A stretch of DNA of 63,158 nucleotides, the filler included, from Bigelowiella natans CCMP2755 (Eukaryota; Protista; Cercozoa): NCBI GenBank assembly GCA_000320545.1. It is 4 parts of 4 records of this genome, joined end to end, with 100 filler letters (N's around TTAATTAATTAA, not from the genome) between each part and the next. Parts side by side here need not be neighbours in the genome. Positions count along the whole stretch, not along the records: positions 1 to 31,761 come from ADNK01000523.1; 3 more parts are not named here. One strand, given 5' to 3'. Position numbers and translations under genes: made by a program. The notes beneath the pieces were generated by a model, which did not search any database, was not told where the DNA came from, and worked only from the letters and a program-made list of their open reading frames with translations. Every line of letters begins with the position of its first letter. Within the stretch, counting starts at the first letter, position 1. Below are positions 14,721-28,976 of the stretch, piece after piece.

Positions 14721-15240
14721 TAATGTCATCCTTGCGTTGTCGTTGACAACATCTGTGTTCTCTCAGATGATTTCCATAGTGAACCCAGTCATGCAGGGTT
14801 GTTCATCTGTGAAAGAGACTGTGTCTTTTGGAGTTCCAGCACACGGAGCAATCCAATTGAGATGATCTAGAATGACAGATTATGTTGCATACACGTTCAT
14901 CCCTTCAATGAGAGATTAGTTGAGAATGAGCACTCCGAATACAGCTAGCTAGGAGCATTAGACATTGGTGATGACGTCGATTCTAGGATTGCATCATTGG
15001 GTTTCATGCATGGCATAAATGCTAGCATACGTTGGAGCAAAATTTTGCTTAGCAAATCTCTAGATCTAGACATGATGTGCTGTCTAGCTGTGTAGAAGTT
15101 GCGTCGCATCTGCATTGACAGCCTGTTCTAGTTTGTTCACAAGTGCGCAGCGTTAATGAATCGGCATCGATGAAGATGTGTTGCGCAAAGCTAGAAAGAT
15201 CTAGAGATGTCGCCGAATCTTCCTATCAGACGATGACAAC
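14720..15240. other. TpA-depleted/CTAG-rich intergenic island (partial)
   Basis: Reduced TA with repeated ctag, gctagctag and tctagatctag; TG/CA-rich. Confidence 0.6.
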
Positions 15241-15470
15241 TCCGCGCACTGAGACAGTAACTTTTATCTGTTGTTTAACCAGCAATGGTGCATTGATTTT
15301 CATTAAACTCGGAAATCTTTCCATTCATGGGGAATGTTAATCTAATAAGTGAAGAATCGGAGAGATGCCAAGATAGTCCAGAGTGGTTCATGTATATTGT
15401 AAACAATATGTGAGGGTAAGTAAGCGCATTAACACAATTGACAACTTACAATGTATCTTATTAACAAAAA

Positions 15471-18400
15471 TCATTTCAAATCTGGAGTCACAATGCATCG
15501 AGCGACAACCTCAGTTGGCTTGTGATCATCAGTTAATGGAGCCCTCCTAATAAAATCCTTCAAGAAGTCGTTATTGTAGGTTTTCTTCCTAAATTTGGGC
15601 ACAGCCCCCCATTCATCGGTGAGATAGTGTGGTTTCTTCGATCCTAATGCTCCCAGATGCCATGTTGGGTCAAGTGCTGTAAGAATCATATTCAACAAAT
15701 TAAAATGCGTGAAAAAAATTAAAACTAAAATCTGGTGTTGTATACCATGCTTTAAGAATTTCTCGTCTTTCTTATATTTTCCACCAAGGAGATAGTCTCC
15801 AAATAAGCCAAATATAGCACCGGCAAAAAGAATCCTGACCGGTACAAGAGGCACAGCAACGCTCGCAACCACACAGAGAATCACGATCCAAACTGTCTTC
15901 CTTGGATCCTTCCAAACGAAAAGGCCATAGAGACGATCTATGAACTCCGCTACTTCCTGATTTGTGTTGTTTGTCAGTATTATCTCCTAAGGTAGCAAGA
16001 GGCGTACCGATGAATGATTCGCGGCATCTACAACTTTCTTTTTAATCTTTTGGTGTAGCCAAAGGGATTCCTCCTTATTGCCGTCTTTCGATTTCATTTC
16101 CTTATTATCCTCCGAAGCTTCACTTGGTTTTGGAGTCACCGGTGTAGCGCTCTTTATTCCCTTTGGTTGCATCCAACAATTAGTATAAGGATAGTCAAAG
16201 AGTCCATAAGTTTCACCTTCTTCGAACGACTGATGACGAGATGTGGGGTAACACGCGATAACTTTCGCCGTTGAAGTTCCCTACATAAGATACTGGGCAT
16301 GTAAGAAAAGCTAATATACTATTAGATGCTTCTATCTTTTTGCCTGTCTTCCTCAGCCATGCATTCCTTTTGCCTTACGATATATGTCGAGATTAATAGA
16401 ATTTGGAGCAGGATAAATGGAATCTAAATAGATATCATAGCTCTCGTTAAATCAAAAATATTCACTGAGCATCAAAAGTATTATCAATAGTATTTTAAAG
16501 AAAATCAGGAGGGGATAAGTGAGTGTTTCTGGACATACCATCAGCACTGCCCAGGAGGGTATGGCGTAAATAAAGTAGATTGAAGAAACTATGACGACAA
16601 TAGTGTCTGCTGGACTCTTCCATTTACGCAGTGCGTCAAGATCCTTAAAAGACTTTGGCATATCCATTGTCTGATGATTCATAAATGTAATTATTGCTGG
16701 CGATATGTTTGTAATATGAATCGAAGATAATCAATCACACCTTAAAGATAGTACTTACTCTATCCACCGCCTTTCCAATCATGTCAATTCCTTCTTTCAA
16801 CCCAGTTGCAGGCTGTCTTCCAGTCTAATAAATTACATGCCTCAGTCACCATTTGATTTCGACACACATAGTTTAATGCTGAAAGCAAGAAGCCAACATT
16901 ATTCATAGACTATAGAATACAGCCGAGACCATTTTTAGCTTCTTATTAGGGAGCGGAGCAATGTGGGAGAAGAATGGGATCGAAAGTTTTATCTGAAACA
17001 TGATATGCTTACTTAGAACTTAGAAATCAATTAATATTACACATGGGTATCTTACCTGTATATGGATCTCACCAAGATTGATTTGTTTTTGACCAGGGAG
17101 ATTTTGAAGTGGCATCCTACAGCATGAAAAAAATCGTCAACCAAATGCCATTATCCGTTGCAGTAACTTCACCATTTCGAAACAAGCTTGTTATTTGGAA
17201 GCGAATTGAAAGGTATGTAGCAATAACCCTATTGCAGAAATGAATGAGCGAACGCGACATATATCATCAACATGTGGTATCTAACCATGAAATCATCAGC
17301 ACTCATTTTATCTGTATCGAATACGGCAACGTGTATCCCATGGCCTAGACCCAAAAGTTTCTTCTGATTCCAACAAGAAGGCTCTGAACCCCAAACTGGG
17401 TGCAATGTAGTGTGAACTGTAGGGGTCTGAAACTTCTCATCTTCCACTATAACTTTTGCATACGGATCTGCAAGTCCATTAAAATCCACCGACTGAATAA
17501 AGTCAGAAAACCTCGCATGAGGACTAGGGAATTGGATTCCCTTCAAGACCAAGTTCTACCTTAAGGTCTTTAGCTTCTACAACACAAAACGACACAGTTG
17601 CTCGGCTCCAACTACATTTCTGTCCAAAAGGTCAAATATTGGGAATAACTCATTTTAGGATGTATTCTTATCATACCTTGCAGAAGAATGGTCTTCGCTT
17701 GGACTTCTCAGCCCATGCTCCTCCGCAACATTCACACCAATATGTTTTACCGTCCAAACCTTCTACAACTTCCACTCCTTCGAGTTCCTTAAAAATTGGA
17801 ATATCTAACACCTATGCAGGCAAGAATAGGAAGACTACCTAATACCTCAGTTTCCATTTTACATTTGTCTATTGCCGCACTTTGATCAGTCATATCAACA
17901 AGCCCTAGGCCAGCCTTGAGGTCATACCTCACACAATGCTCGCATTTTCCTTTTGCTTGTGTGCACTTCGAGCACAATCTGACTGAGCAACCCTACATGA
18001 TGGTGATTATAGGGTAAAGTTGAACCACTCACATACAAATTTTCTAACCAAAAACTTGAACCTTGCAGGAAGTTGAAGATCGAAAGACACCAAATACTTT
18101 CTGGCATTTGACACAAGATCCCGGAATTACAATAGGCCAAAAATTTGATTTTAGACCACTCTCTGTTCGAGCTTTTAGCCGTGCCGTGGTTGCTTGAATA
18201 TTTCTTGCCCATACATTCACGTGGTCAAACTCTGCTCGCTCAAACTCGAACATAAAAGAACGGCCACTTGCTTGGAATTCAAGCCTTCTTCCCCTCTATC
18301 GACATGCAAACATACTTTTAGGTTCTACTTTTTTAAAAACTTGAATGAAACAACAGGATAAAATATGAATAAAGGCATAGGAGTGATGAATACCACACCT

Positions 18401-19135
18401 GGAATAGTCGGGTAAATTTTAGGTTAATACATGTTTGCGGCGCTTTTGACAAAGTCTTCTTAATATTTCCAGAAGGGCGATAATATCGGATGAAGCTCCC
18501 AGACAGTAACACTAATTTGTCTGACCAACCACTTTTCCACGATGCATTCTGCTTTTTCTTTGCAATCGCAAGCAGTCGTGGCGCTGATGGTTCCCATCCT
18601 TGCACTTGATGATTCACATCAAAAGCGGTAGGTTGTGGGTCATTGCCAGATATTATACGAAGATCTAGGCTTATTGTTTTATCAACAATCGCCTCTGCTG
18701 CCTGCATAAAACGTGTTATGAATAGCATTATGGGATTCATCATAATATTCTAATATTCGATACCTCTGCACTATCGTGAATACTGTTGAGAGTGTCATCG
18801 TCTTCAAATACTACAACATGGTCGGAGAGATAAAGTAGCCCACCCGATATTTTTTGCTGTGTTAACCTTTGATTTTTCATCTCTTCTTGTAACGTATCAA
18901 ATACCCTTGCTTTTAATGCCTCAACATCTGAAATTGTATTCCCGTCAACTTGTACGGTAATGTCGACGATCGCTTTAGCATCTGCAGCTGTTGGAGAAGC
19001 AAAAGCATCCAAGCTTGATGTGTCGGAATATTCAAACTCCCGGACTCTGACCTAAATGAGTTGTGGCAAAAAGATTTGTTGAAACAATTCAACTAAGGAA
19101 GTAACCATAGATGGAACATTCATTGACAACATCAT
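15471..19135 (-). CDS. PH + C2 domain protein with MCTP/PRT_C-like C-terminal membrane region
   Basis: PH-like KKKQNASWKSGWSDKLVLLSGSFIRYY; C2 DFNGLADPYAKV...FQTPTVHTTLHPVW...VAVFDTDKMSADDFM with acidic Ca-binding residues; C-terminal EFIDRLYGLFVWKDPRKTVWIVILCVV...DFIRRAP. Short AT-rich GT-AG introns. Confidence 0.75.
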
Positions 19136-19705
19136 AAAGAGTCCTTCTAGACGCTATGGGCGAGTGCACAAGGTACTTCATAGCTCCAGGACGCCATTCT
19201 AGACACAGACGAAATACTTTTCAGTTCGTGAGTGCGACATGCCACTGTTCATGTCTCACAATGAAAAAGGAAATTCCCGTCGATTTCACACAAAACGCCC
19301 CGCATTTGACCCTGTGCAATGGGAGTTCCTGCCTGGAGCTTCGGTCTGAATGACCTAGTTCACGAGGATTGTTCGCTAGAGCGCAGCAGAGTTGTCAGCA
19401 CAAACAAGTGGAAAGCAGGGATTTTGTAGTTCTTTTATGATGTCGCGACCGTAGAACGGCATCCTCTTGTGGGTAGGGAGGGCCGCAGACGGCTCTTCGC
19501 CATGGATGACTTGCCATTCGAGGTTAACACTCTCCATTTGTGCAGCCACGATCTGGCATCAAGAATGTGTGGCTGCCACTAAGTGCGTTTGTACGAAGCA
19601 ATCGTGGTCTGAGCTCAAATTTTATCCGAAACATCACCCGTCGCCGCCACCACTCCGAGAATAGTCGGACAAGACAACTCCGTAAGCTACTCGATAGCCC
19701 TCACG

Positions 19706-20786
19706 ATGGATTCAGAGACATTCTCGGGAACAAGCTCTGAGTTTCTCGAAGATGTAGATGATTACATGGATGAGGAAGAGTCCATTTGGTCTGCAATGAC
19801 CTTCAATGATGTGAAAATATTACCGGGGAGCAGCTCTGAAAACTTTGACGCAAACCTTCTTCATCACTCGCTAATGGAAAATGCATCGGAGCCATATGAT
19901 AGCAGCGAAAATGAAAGTAGCGTACAATCATCTACAAGTACTCAGCAGGAAATGGTGTTCGACTATGCAGCACCTTCTACTGCATGTGACATTACCCGGG
20001 GCTCTCCTGTCCGTGTACCTTCGACGAGACAGAATACTACTGTTACTCTCCCAAATGATACAAAGGAAACATTCAATCACCACTGTCCATGTTGTGGATC
20101 TATAATTGATACTTCTGGTGTGCTAAAAATTTGAATTCTTTGACTAAATTTACGAATTTAATCCTTAATGTGCTTATACAGGTATTGGATACCACATTCA
20201 TCTTCTTAGATGTATGCAAAATGCTACGAAGAAACATTTCGTTAGAACTCCCCAGAAAACAGACAAAATGGATATGAACGCAACAGAAAATCTGCAAAAA
20301 CGAGTTCGTGATATCAAAGAACGCATCTCCAAAGTTAATTTGAGAGATCGCATTTCACTCATGGAAAGCTTTTATCGAATCTCTCGTTATGCGCAGCCAT
20401 TTGAAGAGAAGGCTCCATCCTCATCAAATGCATCCTCTTCGAATTCGTTAAGTTCCTCAGCAATAACATCTGGATGTCGTAACTTGGACAATCGTGCGCT
20501 ATCATTACTTTACACAGTGCAAGATCCTGGAAGAAATACCGTGAAAAGGAGATTGTCCGCTCCGGCAGTAATCTCAAAGAATGTAGAGATACGTGTGACC
20601 GCGACAGGTTCGATTAGATTTGAGGATGCCAGCAATAAACGCCTTAGAGAAGAAGCTTTGAGGAGAGGCAAAAGTGTCCGTAAAGACATCAAACCAAAAG
20701 GTCGAAGAGGCAGACCAAGAAAAAATGAGAAAAAAAAGTCTGAAAAGGATGCGAAAAGGCATTGGAACAAAACATTGGTTGCTTAG
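19706..20786 (+). CDS. Putative nuclear protein: C2HC zinc finger, LNK-like motif pair, AT-hook; join(19706..20117,20182..20786)
   Basis: In-frame GT-AG intron joins CPCCGSIIDTSG|IGYHIHLLRC. Contains RDRISLMESFYRISRYAQ and LDNRALSLLY motifs, plus C-terminal KGRRGRPRK (AT-hook). Confidence 0.7.
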
Positions 20787-20859
20787 TTACAACTTCCCAT
20801 TTATGCTGTCATCAACTTACAAAATTCCATAATCCATCATAGCGTCTGTCGTCAATGTT

Positions 20860-21420
20860 AGCTACAGGATGCCCCTTGACATTCTTGACGTCATGATTCC
20901 TGACATTTCACGCTCACTAAACAGTCGTATTGCAGGGTCCTACATCGCATGGATGCATTTCATACGCAAATGAAACAATTTGTTTCTGTTTCATGTGCAT
21001 TTTCATCTTTTGTTCTCATGCTTTCTCTAGATCTTTCCAAGCTAGCAAGCTGCGATATCGGTCCTACATGCCTAGATGCACTCGCGTCGCGAATGATGAA
21101 CATTGCAAAGGTCTAAAGGTCAGCACAATCTAGAAATCTAGACGTTGTGTGTCATTCAGCAAAACGTTCCATTAAGCTGTGCGGAAATCTTGGCATGCTT
21201 CTTGCTAGCTTGTGCACATCGCATTCCATGCATGCATTGACGCTAAGAAAAACGGCAGTGTTCTCTCATTGTTACATAATCACCATCTAGACCATGTGCG
21301 TTCGCTCTTATCTATCATCTGGCTAAATATCTTGTAGTAGCTGTGTGGCTCCACTCCTGTGCTGCTGGTGCTGATTGCAAAAGTCATTGGTTGCTTCAGC
21401 ATCCAGCATACAACCTAGCA
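20860..21420. other. TpA-depleted/CTAG-rich intergenic island (partial)
   Basis: Reduced TA, many ctag/gcatgc/tgca, between two convergent genes. Confidence 0.6.
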
Positions 21421-21479
21421 ACGAACGTACGATGCCATTACACTGGATAGAATTGCTACTTATTCTTCTTCCCTTTCTG

Positions 21480-22451
21480 ATTCAACTTGCTTGGAAGAAC
21501 TATCTTGCCCTAAAACGTAGGTCAGCGTAGTTTAGTAGCTTTGAAAACACAAAAAAGAAAATCAAATTAGGACCGTGAGTTGATCCTTTGCACCCAACAT
21601 GAATACTGAACCTAGATTTTTTGCTGCTTTGACTTGTTGCCTTAAAATACAATGTGACAAGTGATAATATTATTTGTGTCAACACAGCATTGAAGTGCCA
21701 AATGCAAAATGAGTCGCTTGGTCACTCTCTTGCCTTGTGCCATTGCAGTTTCTGTACTGAGAAATCGTCATGGGTCTTCTTTCATGTTCATTTTTGTTCG
21801 ATCTTGTCTTTCGTAAGCCTGTATAGTTTCACAAATGTAAGTTTCCAAACATGAATTTGCGGTGCTTCCGTTGCCAAGTGTTGATAATCTTACCTGAATT
21901 TCCGGTCGCTCTAACTCCGAGCTGGCGATTCATGAAATGGGCTAGAGATCCTTGTGTATTTCCACCTCCTTTAATTTTCCTGAATGCAACTTTTCAGATC
22001 TTCAAAGCAGATCTGAAGAGCAAATATACCAGTATTGCGTAGAAATTTTTGCCCTTTCTCCTGTCTTCTTCGTGTTAATTTTTTCCCTTCCACTCGGACA
22101 CCTTGCGGGAGGGGTCTTTGATCTGCCACTCATCGGCCTCTGTTTCACCCCCATCTTCGTGATAAAGGGATCCCTTTCATTTGTCACGTTGTTTTTCGTG
22201 TCGTGAGTTCTAGGTCTCTGCTTCATCTGATTTCCTTTGTTACTGAGATCATTATTTCCATCCATTTTCATTAGGTCCTCAGCAAAGGGATTCCAGCTCT
22301 CCTCCGTGTTTTTATCCCGGGATGGATCAGAACCAGTCTTGCTCTTGGAGTTGAATGGGTCCCACGTTGACTGGGATTCAAACGAGGTGGCTCTTCTCCG
22401 ACGCATCTTTCGGGTTGGATGGGAAAAGAAGAAAATGGGTTTTGAGGGCAC
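21480..22451 (-). CDS. Hypothetical hydrophilic protein with WDPF/WNPF/DPF motifs
   Basis: 149-aa ORF with STWDPF, SWNPF, ERDPF, followed by probable further exons. Confidence 0.4.
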
Positions 22452-22607
22452 GCAGTGGTTGCCTTCTTTCTGCGACGAATATCATCATGCGACAATCATT
22501 TTCTGCATGTCGCACCATGATTGTTCAGGCTTTCCGAACCACGAAACCAGGAAAGATTAGACCGGGAAAATTACCTAAAATGCCTCAGTCACAACAGAAC
22601 AGCCATC

Positions 22608-25544
22608 ATGGCTACCGCCGGCGGCGACGGCTTCGGACCTGCGGCCGAGATGAAGCTCCAGATCCAGATCCAGCACCATACCAAGCCGCTCGCTGAAACC
22701 GTCCAAGCGCTCTCAAAGTCTCATAGAGTGCTCATGCAAAAAATATCCGATCTTGAGAGCAAGGTTGGGGTCAAAGGAACACAACAAAATGGCGATGCCC
22801 TGCCTACTTTTATGTGTTCGGAACACACTATTTCCAGGTGAAAGATCTCTCAGGAAGGCTGCATCGTAGCCAGGTAGTTCGAAAGGCGATTCGTGTTCAG
22901 AAAGCTATGCGGGCACGACAGGGGCGACTCGACCATGATGGAAAGAAAAAGGATTCGGGCCCAAGTGCAAGGCGTAATGTGACGAAGGTATTATACTCTC
23001 TCTCTCTCCCTCCCTCCCTCCCTCTCATCGTCTCTTTCTATAGCTACACTTTAGCCACTCTCTCAGTTTTATGGTCTAGATGAAAATGCAGACATGCAGG
23101 GATGCATGCACTTCTGACGCCTAATCGATTGAGATTTGTACTTGTTGTTTGTTTTTCAGCTCCCAAAGAAGCTGACATCGAAGTAGTGATTCACCATACA
23201 ATTATGAGCTCCATCTGAAATCTTCCGATGACGACTAATGAGCAACCATCGTTAAGAAATACATTCGCTCTTCCTTTCCACTCCTCTTCACTCCTCTCGT
23301 TCAGAATTGCTGTTTTGCAGGCGCGAGCTGAGGTTGATTCTGCGAGATCCTCAAGGATTCACAGCCTTTCACAAATTTTGGTACTACGACATTTGGGTTT
23401 TCGCGCATATTATAGGAACGAGTATGCATACAAACATTCAATGAAAAAAGGTATATTTATTAAAGTTCATTCTCTTGGTAATTCAGTGTGAAGCAGACCT
23501 GTGGGGAAAATCCAGTTTTCTGGAAGAAGGTCGACATCGTCGTCATCATCTCGTGATTCGATACATTTATCTGCTCGCTATCTCACCCAATCTAAATAGC
23601 TGCATTTAATCTCCACATCTACGTGGGGAATGCACACAATATAGCTTCACACACAAAAACACAACACTGTGCACCATAATGAAACAGTAGCCAACCGTCC
23701 CCGTAATGTCGTTTTCATATGTTCCTTCCTTTTCCCCGCTGAAGATAGCTCCATAATCTCCAGCAATCTCTTGAATTATCATCATTATCATCAGTGTAAC
23801 GACTTTATAGATGAGTGCACGTGCACGCTAGAGGATATTGCTCAGGTATCGAAATTTATTCCCAAACCTTGATGCACGATATCAAACGTTGATAAGCAAA
23901 AGGCGTGCGTCACAATGCACAAGATGTAATCATCTTGACCAAACTTGCAAATCTCCACAAAAGGAGAGCAGCAAAAGGAGAACAAAGCGCGATTGATGAA
24001 AATATTCATCCCTGCAGCGACGAGTCTGCCGTGCATGGACCTGTTACAAGAGAGCACAAATAATATCAATATATCCATGAATGGGAGTTTCTCCACAGCA
24101 AACATGTAAAATGACATCTCCAACTGAGCTCTTTTTGTGCACGCAGCTAGAGCAAGCAGGGATGGATCCATCGGAGCTTTTCGCACCCCCAAATACCCCC
24201 GACCCGTCACTCCAGGTAGTAATAGTAGTGGTTGGTGATAGTAGTATTAGCTATGCTATCTATGATGATGATGAGAAACGGAATTGTATAAGAAGCTTGG
24301 TATTGTGGTCTAAATTGAGGTCTGTTTCTAAGCACGTTGAAGCTCGTGTGCCGTGTATCGTGTGTTTTGATATGATTCGGATACGTAATACATAACATAA
24401 ATCGCTCGCACTCCCCCACCCACCTAAGGTTGCGAAAACAATTTTCTTCGACTTCATCGTGGCAGGGAGCCCGAATGAAGTCAGTGTTTCAAAGGTACTA
24501 CTGTTGTCCTTAAATCAGCTTGAGAAATCAAACTACCCCCCCTCCCCCTCCCCCCCCCTCTCTCTCTACTCCGACTCTCTAAGCTTCATAGATACAATGT
24601 ATAACGGTGGTATGTGATTCATCAAACAGGTATTGGTGACCAGGATAACCAAAGGAGTCCACAAGTAATATGAATGGCTGCAATTCGTGAAATCTGTGTA
24701 TCCGCTTTGCTGCACGTGTGCATTTGTGTAAGGAGTCGCCTCTTCTCTCCCGCTCCTCTCCCCTCCCCCTTCCCCCCTTTCTCTCCCTCTGTGTGCGAGC
24801 GCGCACTTGGGCTGTCGCGTGTTTACACAGCCCATAACATAGCATCAATATTACGTTCCATATACAAATGGCCTAGTCTTTATTTGATTTTCTGTTATTG
24901 TGCCATTAGGCTTCTCCGCATCCAAAACAAGTCCACTTTGGTAGAACACGGCAACGGATATGCGCTCTCTGAGTTTTTGTTTAGCTTTGGAATGATATAA
25001 TTTTCCAAGATCCTTCTGCATGCTATTCACCGCCTCTCTTTCGCTGTGTTTTGCACGGCAGAGAAGTTAGTCGATGCAAGCATCTAATGAATGAATGGCT
25101 CTTCCTCCTCTTCCTCCTCCTCCTCCTCCTCCTCCTCCTCCTCTCTCTCTCTTCCGTCTCCTCCCTCCATATGCTTCCGCACCAGTCGGAGATGCTACGT
25201 AGCGTCAAGGACGCTCAGACGGAGATATTTGCCCTGATGGTACATACAGAGAATCTCACATAATGATAGCCTCACAATTCCACTTTTTCTTCACTTCAAA
25301 TACAAAACAACTGTGGCTACATTCCTGGTCATATGGGAAAGCCTTGGATATAGTTTCTCTCTTCAATTTTTCTATAACTGTTGTTGCTACATGCAAGATC
25401 CACAGCCGGGGTAGGGGATTGATATAATCGACTGAAGAGGAGAGTGGTTGTCGTAATAGTCATCGATCACCTGTTGATTTCGTCATTAGGCTAACTACAC
25501 ATTACGGCTGTTTCATGACTCAGAAATGTAAATCTACCTCAAAG

Positions 25545-25581
<37 letters not shown>

Positions 25582-25852
25582 CGTGTGTTTGTGTGCGTGT
25601 GTGTGTACTGGTCATGTGCATGTCTAGTACCCAATCATCAGTGCAATCATGCTCTTTATTTCCCATAATCTTTCTTTTAGATACGCGGAGTACCGCGCTA
25701 CAACTCCTTTGCAGATAGGAGACGGGGGTGATAGCAAGGAAAATGATGATGGCGAGAGCGGAGGAGGAGCTGCTGGGTTGATTGGAATGCTCACAAGCCG
25801 TCTGCCCACAGCAATGATGATGAAGGGTTACAGCAACAATGCATCGTCGTAA
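22608..25852 (+). CDS. RGS-domain protein with N-terminal coiled coil, multi-exon
   Basis: Exons VAKTIFFDFIVAGSPNEVSVSK (cf. RGS AxxIyxxFIxxgSPxEVNi) and SVKDAQTEIFALM (cf. FdeAQxeIfxLM). N-terminal LAETVQALSKSHRVLMQKISDLESK. Confidence 0.65.
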
Positions 25853-25929
25853 TCGATTAGCAGTAGTAGCGACTTTTGCTGCTCTATTTATCCATGTACA
25901 TTTATTTGTATGTGTGGTTCAAATCAAAC

Positions 25930-26470
25930 TTCATGAACACGGTTGATGATACTACTCGATCATGGTCGGGGCGCGTGCACTAGCCATGGGGTGATCCTTT
26001 TGAGTGATCACCGTGCTTTTCGTCACGAAGCCTTGACAACGACGGCATCGATGCATCGTTGCGCATTTCTAATAGCCATTGCAGTGCATGAGAGTGCTTA
26101 CACTGTGCTGTGACAGCACACTACATGTCTAATGGTGTGCACAGGGGCTGCTGCATGTCATCCTCAAGCTGGGGTGCACAACCCAACTCCAGAACGAAAC
26201 TGAGCACGCTGAAACCGCGGCTTGGTTCAATTTTTCAATCATGCACAAACTAGATCTAGGAAGATGATGTTTGTCCAAAACATCGCCATCTCATGATGTC
26301 GCTACAAGAGAGAAAAATGGCACGCTGAAGGTTGATGACATCAACTGCTGCGTTGACAGCGCCGACTTGCTTCTCCAAGTGTTTGTGGAATCCGTTCAGA
26401 CTGCAATTGCGGACAAGGGGAAGCTAGAAAGTTGAATCACCGAGCATTTTCAATCACAATGGCTCATTTC
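25930..26470. other. TpA-depleted intergenic island
   Basis: Few TA, mostly CTA/TAG (e.g. actagatctagg, gctagaa). Confidence 0.7.
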
Positions 26471-27095
26471 GCTTCATTGACCCTGCCCACCAAGACCACA
26501 CCTCATTTCAATCATCTCGTTTGTTCCCTGCCTCAGAAGGAATTCCACTTGCGAGCCTTTCGCCACCCATCGATCGACTTGACTCCTCCTTGAAAAGTTT
26601 CCGTCTTGTTTGAAACCTAGGCACACGATCTTAGCGAGATTATCAATCGCAAATCTGCAATTGTAGCCCTGCAGCTGTTTCTCATTTTCAGCGTCCAGCG
26701 ATTGCACCCTGCTCGTCTGTTGTGAGATGTGGGTTTTGCGACGCACATGTACGTTGCCATGTAGTAAAATTATTATCGTCAAAACATCTTAAATAATTGA
26801 AAGATCGATCTTAAACTCCAAAATCGCAAACCGCCCCGAATAGTCCTGAGTCACAGCGATCCTTCCAAGCAGTCAGGTAAAACTCCGATGGACTTCGTAT
26901 AGGAATTGGGTGACGACGCAAGCAGCAAATCACCTGCATTTGTACCGATTTTTTAACGAAAAACTTCGGTATCGACAGAGAGCAAACAGCGGATCTGACG
27001 TGACCAAATCGGGCGCCCTCCGCCTCCTCCTCCTCCCAACTCTCCTTTTCCAAAAGACGGATCACGACGAGGGAGGTCCATCATTACTTCGATCC

Positions 27096-28390
27096 ATGGC
27101 TTCGTCTATGGTGGTAGTAGAGGATGATGATCCACTCACGGCCTTCAGTAAACAGCAGCAGCAGCAGCAGCAGCCGCAAGGTATGACGTTCCGCCTCCTC
27201 TCTTGCAGCATTTTTGTTGTGCTGAATATGCTTACAACCAACACAAATCTTCAAAACGCTATGATTTGAGACTCACAAGCATGTCATTTACACATTCTCA
27301 GCGGAAGCTACTGCCGTTACTGCTCTGGGTGGAGGGGAGCAAAATACGACTGGGATTTCAACTGATCAGAAGAAGGAGGAGGACGACGAAGGAAATAAAG
27401 AGCAGAAGATGACGACGATTCCCTTGTCGAACGACGAGAATCTGACTGCGGCAGAGTTGCGCGCAAAATACAGGATCGGGGGTGGCGCGAGGAAGACTTC
27501 GAGTCCATCTGGAGATGCTGATGACCTCGCAGCAGCAGCCGCTGTGTCAGAAACCCAAGGTACTATATATATACTGCTATTCTGTGTGGCCACTTACTTC
27601 GGCGTATGCTGGGAGGAGGGGGGGGGGGGGAGGGACGTCTTGCAGTGTTATCTTAGCCTTTGGCTGCTGTGTAAGGCCGTTATATTTAATCATCTGCCGT
27701 AGAATGGTGTTTGTATTCGTCGTCCTCCGTACTTACATCTCGTGTATGCTTTTCAACAAGCCACTGCATGGCGAGCGGCTGTCTACAAAGTGTTGAATCA
27801 AGATGCACGAAGGAGGAACGGGAGAGGCGCTTCTACGGAAGTTGTAATCAAATTTTACAGAGAAGAAGACAACATTACTCCCTTCTTCCTCTCCTCACCA
27901 CCAGAATATGGAAAAGAAGACTGTCTTCCTTCCTTCCCTACCTTAGCCCGAAATCAGAAAATCCTTCTCCTTCACCTAGAGAGAGGGGTTTCTCTGTCCT
28001 CCAACCTCACTCTCGTCTTTTCCATGGAATAGACCTGGATGATTGATGATGGGTGTTGTATTTTCAAGGTTCTGAGCAAAAAGGCTGTACGAAGGCTCGT
28101 TGAGAAGCAGCTGGGACTCGATGGTTGTTGAACATAGACAAATTAATAATGCTAAGTTTTCATGAATATTTATATAATTCTAAATGAAATTCCGAACTTT
28201 AATCATCTTTGTCCTTCGAAACAGCAATTATGGCAAAAATCATCGATATGTCGTCGTCGTTGTATGAGAGGGCATGTTGGAAGAAGCATTCTTTTATCCC
28301 CCTCCTTTATACACTCACCACCATCACCGTGAAACCTCTCACTCATCGCATACCACAGTCATCATCATCATAGCAAACAAAGAGCAACAT

Positions 28391-28428
<38 letters not shown>

Positions 28429-28700
28429 CAGCCAAGTCTTTGGACCCTCACCGAAAGGAAATCAATCGTTTGATCGAAGAGTTCAGAGATCGCATCTTTA
28501 TTGCGTGTTCGGAAGGAAATGTTGCCGAGGTATGAAGAAGCAGCGCAGGACTTCTTTATTGTCCGCCCTGCCCATCTCCTTCTCCCCCTCTCTTCCTAAT
28601 GCTGCTGCTACTTACTGGTGTTCTTCTTTTCTTCATCCTCCCTTTCGCAAATCTTTTTGGTGATGGCATAGAGCCGATTGGCCCACAGCTCATGTCAATA

Positions 28701-28738
<38 letters not shown>

Positions 28739-28883
28739 CTACATTTATTTATATGATCGAATATAACCACAGGTGGAGTCACTTGTTCGTGCGCGTGCAA
28801 GTGTAAATTTTAAGAATAGTAGAGGGACGGTGCCGCTGCACCTCGCAACAACCAAGGTGTGTGACATCGCGTGTTATGTGTGC

Positions 28884-28920
<37 letters not shown>

Positions 28921-28935
28921 GAGACAGAGAGAGAC

Positions 28936-28976
<41 letters not shown>

